DNA of 64,000 bases, taken from assembly GCA_019358915.1 (NCBI GenBank), contig JAHHIM010000002.1, positions 96,001 to 160,000 of the forward strand. The letters are read 5' to 3'. The stretch is from Trichormus sp. ATA11-4-KO1 (GTDB taxonomy: Bacteria > Cyanobacteriota > Cyanobacteriia > Cyanobacteriales > Nostocaceae). Positions 21,501-30,836 of the stretch are shown here, in pieces (position 1 is the first letter of the stretch; each line of letters begins with the position of its first letter). Below the pieces are notes generated by a model. The model was not told the DNA's origin. It did not search any database and saw nothing but the letters and a program-made list of their open reading frames with translations. The translations under genes were made by a program, and so were the position numbers.

Positions 21501-21849
21501 GAGTTTCAATGGGGTCTGTGGTGGGTAGATTGCAACGGACATAAATTTCTTGCTCAGTGGCAATTGTAGATTTCTGATCAGGCAAATCAATTTGATACAT
21601 CTCTGTCTCTTCGTCCCAAGCAAAAACTCTGCCAATTATCCATGTATCTTGGGTTTCTGAGCTAATGTAGCATCGAGTCTGAGGCTGAAGCCTGACTGGA
21701 GATAGTGAATCTAAAGGCAAAGTTTTTTGGAGGCGTTGCCCTCCTGAGCAGAAATACTCAACGATCACATCGCTATGAGATATTTCAGTAACTTTTCCTA
21801 TTCCCAAATAGTTGTTCTGGGACTGCACCAATGAACCAAGCTCAATCAT
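18538..21849 (-). CDS. dpdE: SNF2/RapA-like helicase, DpdE-like
   Basis: LLADEVGLGKT, DEAHH, LSATP, DLPWSPNQLEQRIGRFDR; N-terminal GIGKV module; 1103 aa. Confidence 0.75.
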   Translation of the reverse strand: MIELGSLVQSQNNYLGIGKVTEISHSDVIVEYFCSGGQRLQKTLPLDSLSPVRLQPQTRCYISSETQDTWIIGRVFAWDEETEMYQIDLPDQKSTIATEQEIYVRCNLPTTDPIETLAIKGHETPYFHDKRLAFVKCLIQQRAVSRGMTGLISANIDLYPHQVEVVRRVLEDPIQRYLLADEVGLGKTIEAGAILRQYLLDEPKRGAVVLVPQYLLPQWRTELENKFYISHFGKRVVVLAVEDIHRINQKANIGCLILDEAHHIAAMATSKDAAMRQRFETCKNLAHKSDRLLLLSATPVLNHEQDFLAMLHLLDPTTYQLNDLAGFRARVENCQEIGKVLLSLREGVNTDVLQTNLKQLRNLFAEDEYLMTLADNLASCLQTNSPAPDKIIRAIRTHISDTYRLHRRMLRNRRTAVEDVIFDRDVTPKEEYDLDERSLDIHELMEKWRTVAPPEKPYQRIFLLLFLAAGTWLGILEEVITARLSGKVPAKLIQEFPEDDLCILTTTPKFPEEAEILQSLLKILRQPVEDGDRQENLKTVLLNQLAAHFKIAPTVRRNKQELLTRIQQRIRRPIPGDILPKFVIFTSFGQSCTEIVRCLSRSFGEETVAGHQLGESREKVEKNIRRFKDNPSCFILVCDRSGEEGLNFQFADCFIHFDLPWSPNQLEQRIGRFDRIGSKIGIQSCVFLGPYLEDSPQNAWYQLLKNGFGIFEQSIASLQFYVDEKLAELETALFQSGAAGLLAMIEPIQQQITAETVKISEQNALDEIDTLDENTHQYFQDLDNYDACHLEIKQAIEGWICDALGFKSVNNPNSAEVKRYQPTTRTLVSVDELKTHFANNNTDQFGTYNRRVANQNSGIKLFRIGEGLVESLVNYINWDDRGKAFAMWRTDDSWNPASGKEWFGFRFNYVVETNLEVARQILKTYNLDNSQDKILKRRVDALLPPTMETVFIDGRSQPVCVVEDAALLNILQRPYKYKNSDKCRDYNLAKERLGIIDDFVDASKWPSFCQQARRTSLELLCDRPNFIALHQQCSKVAEQKLSKRVEQLRLRLNRQTWDRTLAEELKIETALSAAILEGIRQPQIRLDSVGFIIVSGRSPIQFE

Positions 21850-22118
21850 AGTTCCAGTTATCTGAAGATCCTAAGAGAAATTACTACGCCAACAGCAATA
21901 GCAGCTCTCCAGACTAGCTTGAACAGACGGATCTCGCAACTTCAAAAAGAGGCAGGGAAAGATGGGAAGATAAGAGGATAGAGGGATAAGGGGGTCAAGG
22001 AACTCAAAATGTTGGGTGCAACAGATGAGCGCTGCGGCTCTATCGCTATGATTAAGTCAGAACCTCATCAGAGCTATATAGAACAATTCCTGAAAGCTGA
22101 TATTGGTAAAGGTGAACA

Positions 22119-22454
22119 ATGGTAACGACAGTTGTCGTGATTAACACCCTCATTTCGCTGATACTACTTTATGTAGCTTGGCAAGTCTGGAAACTAAAGC
22201 AACGGATAGGGCGGATAGCTGATAAACTGACTATCTATGAACATGTTACTCATGCGGCATTGTATCAAGCACCCAAAAATATTGATGCTAGCCAGCAGCA
22301 GATTCGTCACTTACGCCAGAGCAACCAAGGGCTACAAGTACAGATCCAACAAGTGCGGCAAATTATCACTCTGCTATTTTTAGGCCGCCGATTCTGGCGG
22401 CGATCTTTGCGGAGAACAGGGTTAACTTCAGGAAAAAAGACAGTCGCCAAATAA
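22119..22454 (+). CDS. Hypothetical membrane-anchored coiled-coil protein
   Basis: N-terminal TM followed by coiled coil. Confidence 0.75.
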   Translation: MVTTVVVINTLISLILLYVAWQVWKLKQRIGRIADKLTIYEHVTHAALYQAPKNIDASQQQIRHLRQSNQGLQVQIQQVRQIITLLFLGRRFWRRSLRRTGLTSGKKTVAK

Positions 22455-22631
22455 GGGACTGACAAAATAAAACAAATAAAAAAATAACCAATCGCTACTT
22501 ATTTTTTGAAGTTCTCTAAAAGCAATATTGTTGCCTGATATTTTGTCACGATACATTAATTAGATAAAATCATGTGGACTTGCAAGGGGAGAAAACACAC
22601 CTAAAATGGGTGTAAGGAGAGAAACATTAAT

Positions 22632-22982
22632 ATGTCTAATAACCGTTCTGGAGTATTTCTTGGTGGTTTGATGCTGGGAGCTACTATCGGTGCTTTGACT
22701 GGTTTGCTTGTGGCTCCACGTACAGGGCGCGAAACGCGGAAAATTTTACAAAAATCTGCCAATGCCATCCCAGACTTGGCGGAAGATTTATCAACAAGTG
22801 TACAAATCCAGGCAGATCGTCTATCTGCCAGCGCACTACGAAACTGGGATGATACATTAGAAAGACTACGGGAAGCGATCGCTGCTGGTGTAGATGCTAG
22901 TCAACGCGAAAGCCAAATCTTGAAGCAGCAACAAGCTCAACAAGATTCGGATTCTCTTTCCCAGCAATTAGAACGCTCATAG
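22632..22982 (+). CDS. YtxH domain protein
   Basis: FLGGLMLGATIGALTGLLVAPRTGRETR. Confidence 0.9.
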   Translation: MSNNRSGVFLGGLMLGATIGALTGLLVAPRTGRETRKILQKSANAIPDLAEDLSTSVQIQADRLSASALRNWDDTLERLREAIAAGVDASQRESQILKQQQAQQDSDSLSQQLERS

Positions 22983-22993
22983 ATGGCATAACC

Positions 22994-23455
22994 GTGATTG
23001 ATCCCCTGTTTTGGTTGGGACTGTCTATACTCTTAGTCGCCGCCAGTCTGACTGCTGTTTTGATAGCGGCTATACCGGCTTTGCAGGAGTTAGCACGCGC
23101 TGCGCGCAGTGCAGAAAAACTATTTGACACTCTCTCACGGGAGTTACCACCTACCCTAAATTCCATTCGCACGACTGGAATGGAAATCACAGATTTAACC
23201 GATGATGTTAGTGAAAGTGTAAAAAGTGCAGGTAAGGTCGTTAAGCAAGTTGACCAAAGCCTGGATGGTGCTAAAAAACAAGCTCAAAATCTGCAAGTAG
23301 GCACACGCAGCATCTTTGTAGGTGTGAAAACTGCCTGGAAGTCCTTTACACGCCAAAAACCTGCGCGGCGAGTTGAACGTCTGCCAATTACTGAAAAACC
23401 ACCGCTAACGTTACGAGAACGAGAAATTAAGAAGGGAGTGGGAAGTAGGGAGTAG
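22994..23455 (+). CDS. DUF948/YoxC-like membrane coiled-coil protein
   Basis: N-terminal TM, RELPPTL; follows the YtxH gene. Confidence 0.82.
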   Translation: MIDPLFWLGLSILLVAASLTAVLIAAIPALQELARAARSAEKLFDTLSRELPPTLNSIRTTGMEITDLTDDVSESVKSAGKVVKQVDQSLDGAKKQAQNLQVGTRSIFVGVKTAWKSFTRQKPARRVERLPITEKPPLTLREREIKKGVGSRE

Positions 23456-23828
23456 GGCAGGGTCGTTTCATTCGTTGCTGTGCGATATTTGTCAAGAGGA
23501 TAATCTCGCGCAAAGACGCAAAGACGCAAAGAAAAATCACGTATTTAAAACTGAAGACGCAAAAAATCTTGGCTAAAATTGTCTGCCTGCGCTCAATTTT
23601 CATCTCTCTAACTCTGGCAATTTTACCATCCTAGGGGATGAAACAGCCCTGGGGAGTAGGGGGTAGGGGGAAGAAGGAATAGATGTTATCTCCCATTCCC
23701 CAAAGCAAGCTTTGCTTAAATCCCTTAGATTAGAGTAAAGTAAACAAGTGTAAAGAAGTATCACTTTTCCCATACTCTTTTAAAACAACTTGTTCACTTC
23801 TACTGTTTATATTTGTATAAGAACGTCC

Positions 23829-24638
23829 ATGCAGTCTTGTTTTTGGCGACGAACTCTAGTATCTATTGCGGTATTTTTCTTGGCTGGGGCAATTTGGGTG
23901 ATGCACTCTTCCCCGGCACTTGCTTATGATAATCCCGACTTACTACCCAACTTTCAAACTCCAGTTATAGATTTAGCTAAATCTCTCACAGATGTTCAAG
24001 AAGAAAAGCTGGTCACAGATTTAAAGCAATTTGAAGGTGAAACTGGTTGGAAACTACGAGTATTAACCCAGTATGACCGCACCCCTGGTCGGGCAGTTAT
24101 CAATTATTGGGGTTTAGATGATAAAAGTATTTTGCTAGTTGCTGATGCTCGTGGTGGCAACATTCTCAGCTTTAGCGTGGGAGATGCCGTTTATGAACTT
24201 CTACCCCGGACTTTTTGGATAGAATTACAAACTCGCTTCGGCAATTTGTACTTTGTGCGAGAACAAGGCGAAGACCAAGCTATTCTGCAAGCTTTAGATT
24301 CCGTTAAAGGCTGTTTACTTCAGGGTGGTTGCGCGGTTGTTCCCGGACTACCACGGGAGCAATGGATACTTACACTCATTACCTCAGTTGTGGGGGGAAT
24401 AATTTGCGGATTTGCATCTCATCCCCAAAAAGAAGGGCAGATTATTGCTTGGCAATGGGCTTTAATTTTCTCACCTTTGTGGGGAATTTTGTTTATTGCT
24501 TTCGGTATTGGTCCAGTGGTAACACGCACTAGTGATTGGTTACCTTTAGTTCGCAATATCTCTGGTTTCTTCATTGGCGCTTTAGTAGCTTACTTGTCTC
24601 CTGTTTTCAGTCGGCCTTCTTCTAATGCCGAATCCTAA
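23829..24638 (+). CDS. TPM domain membrane protein
   Basis: Signal AxA, VIDLAK..GWKLRVLTQ, C-terminal TMs; ATG 23829 preferred to TTG 23790. Confidence 0.85.
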   Translation: MQSCFWRRTLVSIAVFFLAGAIWVMHSSPALAYDNPDLLPNFQTPVIDLAKSLTDVQEEKLVTDLKQFEGETGWKLRVLTQYDRTPGRAVINYWGLDDKSILLVADARGGNILSFSVGDAVYELLPRTFWIELQTRFGNLYFVREQGEDQAILQALDSVKGCLLQGGCAVVPGLPREQWILTLITSVVGGIICGFASHPQKEGQIIAWQWALIFSPLWGILFIAFGIGPVVTRTSDWLPLVRNISGFFIGALVAYLSPVFSRPSSNAES

Positions 24639-24667
24639 ATTGATGAGTGCTGAAGAAAAACAAGAAT

Positions 24668-24789
24668 CTCAGCACTCAGCGAGAAATTGCGTAAAGTCCT
24701 TCGGGTATAGTACGCTGATGGCATGTGTAGCGAATGCACCAGAAGAGGGTTTCTCTGTGGGTAAACTTTGGTGAATCAACACTCAGCAT
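24668..24789. repeat. CTCAGCA STRR interrupted by small dispersed repeats
   Basis: CTCAGCA units flank short GC-rich inserts. Confidence 0.5.
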
Positions 24790-24837
24790 TCACCTAAGCT
24801 GATAAGCTGAAAGCTGATATCTCAGAGCTAAATAGCA

Positions 24838-25467
24838 ATGGAATGGCACGTGACTGATGCTCAAAGTTTAGCAATCATTGATAGTGAAATAGGCGATCAT
24901 GTCTTTTCACCCGCAGAGTATGAGATTGTCCGGCGGGTAATATATGCTACTGCTGATTTTGAGTATAAGTCTGTGATTCGCTTTTCTGAGCGTGCCTTAC
25001 AAGCTGGTGCGGCGGCGTTAGCGGCACGTACGACAATTATAGTAGATGTGCCAATGGTACAAGTAGGGATTGCTCAGGATATTCAAAATACTTTTGCTAA
25101 TCCAGTCTATTGTAGTCTGGAAACTTTAACACGACCCCAAAAAGAAAAAACTCGTGCAGCTTGGGGAATTGAAACTTTAGCCAAGCGTTACCCAGAGGGT
25201 ATATTTGTGGTGGGTCAAGCACAGACAGCATTAACAGCGTTGGTTGATTTAATTACAACTGAAGAAATTCACCCCGCTTTGATAATTGCTACTCCAGTGG
25301 GATTTATGGATGTCAATAGCACTAAAGAACGTTTGTTAGACTCTTTAGTCCCTCACATCATCATTGACAGTCGCAAAGGTAATGCTGTTGTGGCATCTGC
25401 GATCGTTGATGGACTGGTAGACTTGGCTTGGCAGGCTTATGGACAAGATAATAATGCGGGAAATTAA
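24838..25467 (+). CDS. Precorrin-8X methylmutase (CobH/CbiC) family paralog
   Basis: RRVIYATADF, DVPMV, PVGF; the usual catalytic His appears replaced. Confidence 0.85.
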   Translation: MEWHVTDAQSLAIIDSEIGDHVFSPAEYEIVRRVIYATADFEYKSVIRFSERALQAGAAALAARTTIIVDVPMVQVGIAQDIQNTFANPVYCSLETLTRPQKEKTRAAWGIETLAKRYPEGIFVVGQAQTALTALVDLITTEEIHPALIIATPVGFMDVNSTKERLLDSLVPHIIIDSRKGNAVVASAIVDGLVDLAWQAYGQDNNAGN

Positions 25468-25528
25468 AAATTTCCTACCTATTTAAGGCACTCCAAAAAA
25501 TAAATCAGACAATTTATTTGTCAGTCCC

Positions 25529-26218
25529 TTAAGCCTCTTCCACTCTGCGGCGACGACGACGCGGCCTTTCCTGTTGGTCTTCACGCAAGCGGCGACTGAC
25601 TTCATTAAAGAAATCTCTTCGCAGATAAGGGTAATCATTCACCCACAGGTCATGACGGGGAATGTAAACATCACTAAAGTCTTCGATAGTACTCAAATCT
25701 GGACGATTGGACATGACAATCATTTCAGCTATTTGACCACGAGCAATAACTTTATGAGCATTTCGTAGCGGTGCTTCCAACTCTACGCTAAATCCTGTGT
25801 CATCACCCACTTCTAAGTTAATCCGTTTTTCGCGATTTTCGACAATTACCAATTCACCTTTATTGTTAACTGTTTCTTGTTTGCCCATCAATCGGTCTGT
25901 AATCCACCAATCGAGAATGCGACCACGAAAAAAGCCACTGTACTTATAGCGACGGCATTTCGCATTGCGGATACTTGCCTGAAACACAGGATACCACAAC
26001 CAAAAAAAAGCACCCATTACACCAAAGAAAAATGTAATTGGGCCAAACTCTAGCCTCAGCAGAACTTCCGCCAGTAGAATTACAGCTATGGCAATTACAG
26101 AAATTAATAGACGCTGTAAAAAATTTGCAGATTTTCCCCAGTAGTACTTGTACTGTAAGCCAGTGGCAATGAAGGGGATGAGTTGTTCAAATTTCTTCCG
26201 AGTCAGTGGGACTAACAT
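25529..26218 (-). CDS. Cyanobacterial hypothetical membrane protein
   Basis: 229-aa ORF with two TMs, co-oriented with dapB. Confidence 0.8.
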   Translation of the reverse strand: MLVPLTRKKFEQLIPFIATGLQYKYYWGKSANFLQRLLISVIAIAVILLAEVLLRLEFGPITFFFGVMGAFFWLWYPVFQASIRNAKCRRYKYSGFFRGRILDWWITDRLMGKQETVNNKGELVIVENREKRINLEVGDDTGFSVELEAPLRNAHKVIARGQIAEMIVMSNRPDLSTIEDFSDVYIPRHDLWVNDYPYLRRDFFNEVSRRLREDQQERPRRRRRRVEEA

Positions 26219-26250
26219 AAGTGCTGAGTGCTGAGTTCTAAGTTTGGAGG

Positions 26251-27090
26251 TTAAAGTATTTTTTCTAATCCGTATACTAACGACTTTAGCTGTGAGACTT
26301 TGCGAATCGCTAGCAGCACTCCTGGCATATAACAGGAGCGATCGCTTGTATCATGTCTTAAAGTATAAATTTGACCAGGTGCGCCAAAAATCACTTCTTG
26401 GTGAGCGATCAATCCTGGCAGACGTACACTATGAATTCTAATGCCTTCATTGGCTAGGCTGCCCCTGGCTCCTGGGATTTTTTCTGTTTCTTCTACAAGC
26501 GCTGGATTGTTAAAACTTTTACCAAGTTCTCCTAGTAGCTGCGCGGTTTGAATAGCAGTACCACTGGGAGCGTCAGCTTTTTGGTTGTGATGTAGTTCAA
26601 TAATTTCTACATGGTCAAAATATTGGGAAGCTACAACTGCGGCTTGTTGTAATAACACCATCCCAATGGAGAAGTTAGGAATAATGAGGCAACCAGTGCT
26701 GGCTTTTTCGGCAAAATCTGCCAAGTCTTGAATCTGTTCTGGACTTAACCCGGTAGTGCCGACTACTGGGCGAATACCGTAGGCGATCGCACTGCGAATA
26801 TTATCATAAACTGCATCGGGGTGAGTAAAGTCTACAATCACTCCCGGAGGTAGCTGTCTTTCGCCAGCTACGTAACCTAACATAGGTTCTAATTGATTGG
26901 TAATCGGCACTTCCAGAGGTTCACTTAAACCCGCTAATTCTCCTGCGTCTTTGTCTTGATGTTCGGGACTGGTATCAATTGCACCCATTAAGTTTAAGTC
27001 TGGTGCTTGCGCCACTGCTTTAATCACTTCGCGACCCATTTTGCCAGCAGCACCGTTGACAATAACTGGTATGGGAGCTTGATTTGTCAT
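26251..27090 (-). CDS. dapB: 4-hydroxy-tetrahydrodipicolinate reductase
   Basis: [27 protein letters not shown]. Confidence 0.96.
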   Translation of the reverse strand: MTNQAPIPVIVNGAAGKMGREVIKAVAQAPDLNLMGAIDTSPEHQDKDAGELAGLSEPLEVPITNQLEPMLGYVAGERQLPPGVIVDFTHPDAVYDNIRSAIAYGIRPVVGTTGLSPEQIQDLADFAEKASTGCLIIPNFSIGMVLLQQAAVVASQYFDHVEIIELHHNQKADAPSGTAIQTAQLLGELGKSFNNPALVEETEKIPGARGSLANEGIRIHSVRLPGLIAHQEVIFGAPGQIYTLRHDTSDRSCYMPGVLLAIRKVSQLKSLVYGLEKIL

Positions 27091-27181
27091 AGTTTAAAGA
27101 AATGCTTTCAAAGTTATAAGGAAATTGTAGAGACTTTTGTTATTGGTAATTCGTAATTTTTTATTTTGGTTGCTGGTTAAA

Positions 27182-27721
27182 CTACTCGAACACTGGCGAC
27201 CAAATTTCAGCAACTTTTACTTCCCAACCGGGGAGTAAATCTGGCAAAGTCAGCACATCACCATTGTGTAGTACTATTTTTTCACCAGGACGATAGATTT
27301 CGATAGTTCTGGTTTTAGGGTTAATCAAAATGCCAATTTGTGTACCTAGACTGATAAATTCTTGAATTTTTTCTCGGAGTTTATCTAAAGAATCAGTTTT
27401 AGATTTAACCTCTACCATTAAATCGGGAACCAATTCGGCATAATCTTCTGTAGAACGTTTGAGCTTATCTGCCCGTATAAACGATACATCGGGAGCGCGT
27501 AAATCTGTGTTAGGCAGTCTAAAGCCTGCACTGGAACCAGCTACACGTCCTAGCTGGCGCGGTCTTACCCAATTACCCAAAAGTCGGGCAAACTCAGTTC
27601 CTACTTCTTCCGACTCATAGCCTGATGGACTCATGACAACTACGTTCCCGTCTACCAATTCCATGCGATAGTCAGGATAAGCTGCTTGCATTTTCTCCAA
27701 GTCTTTAACAGTGAGAGACAT
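27182..27721 (-). CDS. Uma2 (DUF820) family endonuclease-like protein
   Basis: MELVDG..MSP, RAPDVSF, PDLMVEVKS, LLPGW. Confidence 0.92.
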   Translation of the reverse strand: MSLTVKDLEKMQAAYPDYRMELVDGNVVVMSPSGYESEEVGTEFARLLGNWVRPRQLGRVAGSSAGFRLPNTDLRAPDVSFIRADKLKRSTEDYAELVPDLMVEVKSKTDSLDKLREKIQEFISLGTQIGILINPKTRTIEIYRPGEKIVLHNGDVLTLPDLLPGWEVKVAEIWSPVFE

Positions 27722-27828
27722 AAGGCCTCCTGAAACACCTAAATCTATCTTGGCATTTCTGGTGAAAGTCAGGCGAATTTAGGGAATGTGATCTCAGAGC
27801 ATCACGCAGATGATATTTGCAAATGTCA

Positions 27829-27843
27829 TGAAAATGATTATCA
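27829..27843 (+). promoter_or_regulatory. Zur box overlapping a sigma70-type promoter
   Basis: TGAAAATGATTATCA 7-1-7 palindrome; TTGCAA (27817) and TATCAT (27839). Confidence 0.75.
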
Positions 27844-27850
27844 TTTGATT

Positions 27851-28627
27851 ATGAGTGTACCAATCATTACTGTTGTTGCTGGACCGGCTGGCTGTGGCAA
27901 AACTACGTGGATTTGCCAACAGATCGGGAATACCGCCTCTGCGGAAAACTTAATTTACGTCAGTCCTGGTATTGGGAATGTACCCATTGATCAAATACGT
28001 TTGACTGCTGAATTTCCAGAAGTGAAAGTAGTTAGTGATGGGGAAGAAGTTAAATTTTTCAGCCAGCTAACAGGCGCAGAGATTGTTTATGTAGAGCTAG
28101 GATTTTATTTAGAATTAGACGCAATTCCCCAAGTATTAAAAAATTTACCATACCAGGCGATCGCAGTCTTACCACCACACCTGAAAGAGTCTGAATATCA
28201 TGCCTGGGCAGGCAAAATTGTTAAAGGTGCAGATATTGACACGAACATTGTCCATCCTCAACTTTGGCGTGTACCAACAAGTGGCCAAGTCATTGACGAA
28301 GAGAGTTTACACGAGTTTTGGTATGAACTGACTCATGGTGCTTACGGCAAAGTTAGCCGTGCTAAAGGAATTTTTGATGTGGCTGATGGGCGATCGCTAT
28401 ACGCAGATTTTGTGGCGGGTGTACCCACAACGGATTTTCTGGAGTTAGATTTTCCACGCTACTTAGAAGGTAGACCACAGCGTTTCAGTGGTTTAGAAGT
28501 ATTAGGACAAAACTTGGATGAATCGGCAATGAAGCAAACGTTACAGGATTGCTACTTGTCTGATGCAGTTCTATCACAATACCAAGAACAAGTTAAACAA
28601 ATTCTCATTGAGGAGACCATACAGTGA
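27851..28627 (+). CDS. Divergent G3E/CobW-like P-loop protein
   Basis: GPAGCGKTT Walker A; CobW_C-like RAKGIF; ATG 27851 preferred. Confidence 0.8.
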   Translation: MSVPIITVVAGPAGCGKTTWICQQIGNTASAENLIYVSPGIGNVPIDQIRLTAEFPEVKVVSDGEEVKFFSQLTGAEIVYVELGFYLELDAIPQVLKNLPYQAIAVLPPHLKESEYHAWAGKIVKGADIDTNIVHPQLWRVPTSGQVIDEESLHEFWYELTHGAYGKVSRAKGIFDVADGRSLYADFVAGVPTTDFLELDFPRYLEGRPQRFSGLEVLGQNLDESAMKQTLQDCYLSDAVLSQYQEQVKQILIEETIQ

Positions 28628-29436
28628 AAATAGCGGTCATGTCATGTATTCATGGCAATTATGAAGCATTAGATGCGGTGTTGTTAGATATCGACCAGCA
28701 AAAAGCCGAGAAAATTTTTTGTCTGGGTGATTTAGTCGGATATGGGCCTCATCCCAATGCAGTAGTTACACAAATTCGTTCCTTAGATATTCCCACTTGT
28801 GTTGGTTGTTGGGATGAAGATATCGTTGAAGGATTGAATGCTTGTGATTGTAGTTATCCGTCGCTATTAGCTGAAAAACGCGGCAAAATTGCTCATAAAT
28901 GGACAAATAGCGAAATTCATCTAGAAAACCGCGAATTTCTCGCCCAATTACCCCACAGTTTCCGTGAGGAAAATTTAGCTTTTGTTCACGGTAGTCCCCA
29001 CAGCAACCATGAGTATTTATTACCTGAACTTGACGCATTTGCCGCCCTAGAACGAGTGCTTTCTACAGAAGCAGATGTGCTTTTTTGTGGTCATACTCAT
29101 GTACCTTATGTACGTAATTTAGATGCAGGTAGTTTGCAAGTTTGTGTCAAAAAACAGGAAACAGAAGCAGCATCACTGGATTTTCAAGCTTCCCTCAAGC
29201 GGATTATCAATGTGGGTTCTGTAGGAGAACCCCGACATGGGCGACCCAATGCCACCTATGTAATTTATGACACAGAAAGCCAAGAAGTTAATCTGCGGGA
29301 AGTACCCTATGACTATCAAAAAACCTGTGCAGCAATTATCGAAAAAGGCTTACCAAAAATTTTTGCTTGGCGTTTAGCGCAGGGATTGGAATTTGCGGAA
29401 AGGGCTGATGATCCGACTCATGTTTGTACTAGGTAA
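28624..29436 (+). CDS. Metallophosphoesterase family protein
   Basis: SCIHGN, GDLVGYG, HGSP, GHTH, NVGSVG; 4-bp overlap with the upstream gene. Confidence 0.9.
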   Translation: MKIAVMSCIHGNYEALDAVLLDIDQQKAEKIFCLGDLVGYGPHPNAVVTQIRSLDIPTCVGCWDEDIVEGLNACDCSYPSLLAEKRGKIAHKWTNSEIHLENREFLAQLPHSFREENLAFVHGSPHSNHEYLLPELDAFAALERVLSTEADVLFCGHTHVPYVRNLDAGSLQVCVKKQETEAASLDFQASLKRIINVGSVGEPRHGRPNATYVIYDTESQEVNLREVPYDYQKTCAAIIEKGLPKIFAWRLAQGLEFAERADDPTHVCTR

Positions 29437-29474
29437 TGCAGTGGGGAATTAGTAATCTCAAATATCAAATCTTT

Positions 29475-30233
29475 ATGAATAAGTGGGTAATTTTAAGTGG
29501 AATTGAGGGCAATTTGGCGGCTTATGAGGCTGTGATGGCTGATATTAAGCTTCAGGCTAATGTAGAGGCTTTGTATATTTTGGGCGATTTAGTGGGGCCC
29601 AAGCGGGAAACTAAACAGTTGGTGAAACGGGTGCTTAACCCAAAGCGTGGAGAACTGGAACCTCTGATTTGTAAAGGTTGGTGGGAAGAACAATGTTTTA
29701 TTCTCCACGGACTAGGGGGAACTGCTGAACCGACTGAATTGATGGCGAAATATGGGGGAGAAACAGTGAAGTTGCTGTGGGAATGTGTTTCTCGTCCAAT
29801 GGTGCAATGGTTGAGAACACTAGATTTTGGTTTTTTTGAACTGGATTGTTTATTAATTCATGGTACAACTTTAGGCGTGGACGAGGAACTTACTCCAGAT
29901 ACACCCCCGATTCAAATGCTTGACAGATTATCACGGATGCAAGCTAATAATTTGTTCTGTGGTCGTTCTGGTTTGGCTTTTCAATATCAGCTACAAGCAG
30001 GTTCAATTACTACGGAAGTCACAACTTTGGATAGTTCAGCATCTCCCCAAACTATGGAAATTTTTCCCCGTCAGGTTGTTGGGGTGGGTAGTGTAGGTAG
30101 AATACCAGGAGAAGCAACTTATACTCTCTATCATCCGGGGATAAATCACGTAGAATTTAAAACTGTTTGTTACGGAGTGGGTGAGGGTTTCCAGTCTAAG
30201 TCAGATGTCACATCCGTAATAGCTAAAAGTTGA
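29475..30233 (+). CDS. Degenerate metallophosphoesterase paralog
   Basis: SGIEGN, GDLVG, HG, GVGSVG; start 29436 or 29475. Confidence 0.85.
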   Translation: MNKWVILSGIEGNLAAYEAVMADIKLQANVEALYILGDLVGPKRETKQLVKRVLNPKRGELEPLICKGWWEEQCFILHGLGGTAEPTELMAKYGGETVKLLWECVSRPMVQWLRTLDFGFFELDCLLIHGTTLGVDEELTPDTPPIQMLDRLSRMQANNLFCGRSGLAFQYQLQAGSITTEVTTLDSSASPQTMEIFPRQVVGVGSVGRIPGEATYTLYHPGINHVEFKTVCYGVGEGFQSKSDVTSVIAKS

Positions 30234-30240
30234 TAAACCA

Positions 30241-30672
30241 TTAGCGCTGATTATCTAACTCGGCGCAACCTTCCAAAACCATATCGCCTTGAATGAAAAG
30301 CGCCGAGTAAGGATATAAGTTGTCTGACATGCCATCGCTACAAGCATCGACTTTTCTGATAATTAACATACTGTTGTCTTTGTCTTTGTCTTGCAGTCGA
30401 TACACTCTTACTGTATCTGGGAGACGGCCGTCAGCTGCTAATGGTGTGACATAGGAAAATGTTTGCTTTTCGTCGCTTGATAATGAAGAATAGATAATCC
30501 CGCTTTGGCGGATATTAACACTCCAAAATGGTTCAGTACCAAAAGCCCTGAATTCTTGATTATCGGTAGGATGATTTTTGGAAATTAGTTGGTTATTGTC
30601 ATTATTGATGCTGTTAGCTGGTAAGCAACTACTTAGTCCCAATAAAAGAGTGCAAAAAATTATAGTTTTCAT
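30241..30672 (-). CDS. Lipoprotein, COG3650-like
   Basis: Lipobox LSSC; GTEPFW, CSDGMSD, GCA. Confidence 0.82.
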   Translation of the reverse strand: MKTIIFCTLLLGLSSCLPANSINNDNNQLISKNHPTDNQEFRAFGTEPFWSVNIRQSGIIYSSLSSDEKQTFSYVTPLAADGRLPDTVRVYRLQDKDKDNSMLIIRKVDACSDGMSDNLYPYSALFIQGDMVLEGCAELDNQR

Positions 30673-30836
30673 GGCTTAAGAATATATAGCAATAGCAATT
30701 AGATTTAATTCCTGAATCACTGGCACAGACAAGAAATAGGGAATTTAAGGTGTACTAAGCGGGAGTTTGGCAAACCAGTGGCTTTAGCTCGGAGAGTGTC
30801 AAAATAATATGTGTAAAGTTTCATCAAAAGTCACTT

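Noticed and set aside
17063..21849. A complete dpd DNA-modification island
   Set aside because: Only dpdE-like and queD are present; the transglycosylase and all other dpd genes are absent from the window
27182..27721. Uma2 gene as a defence system
   Set aside because: Highly multicopy solitary family in cyanobacteria; no partner genes here
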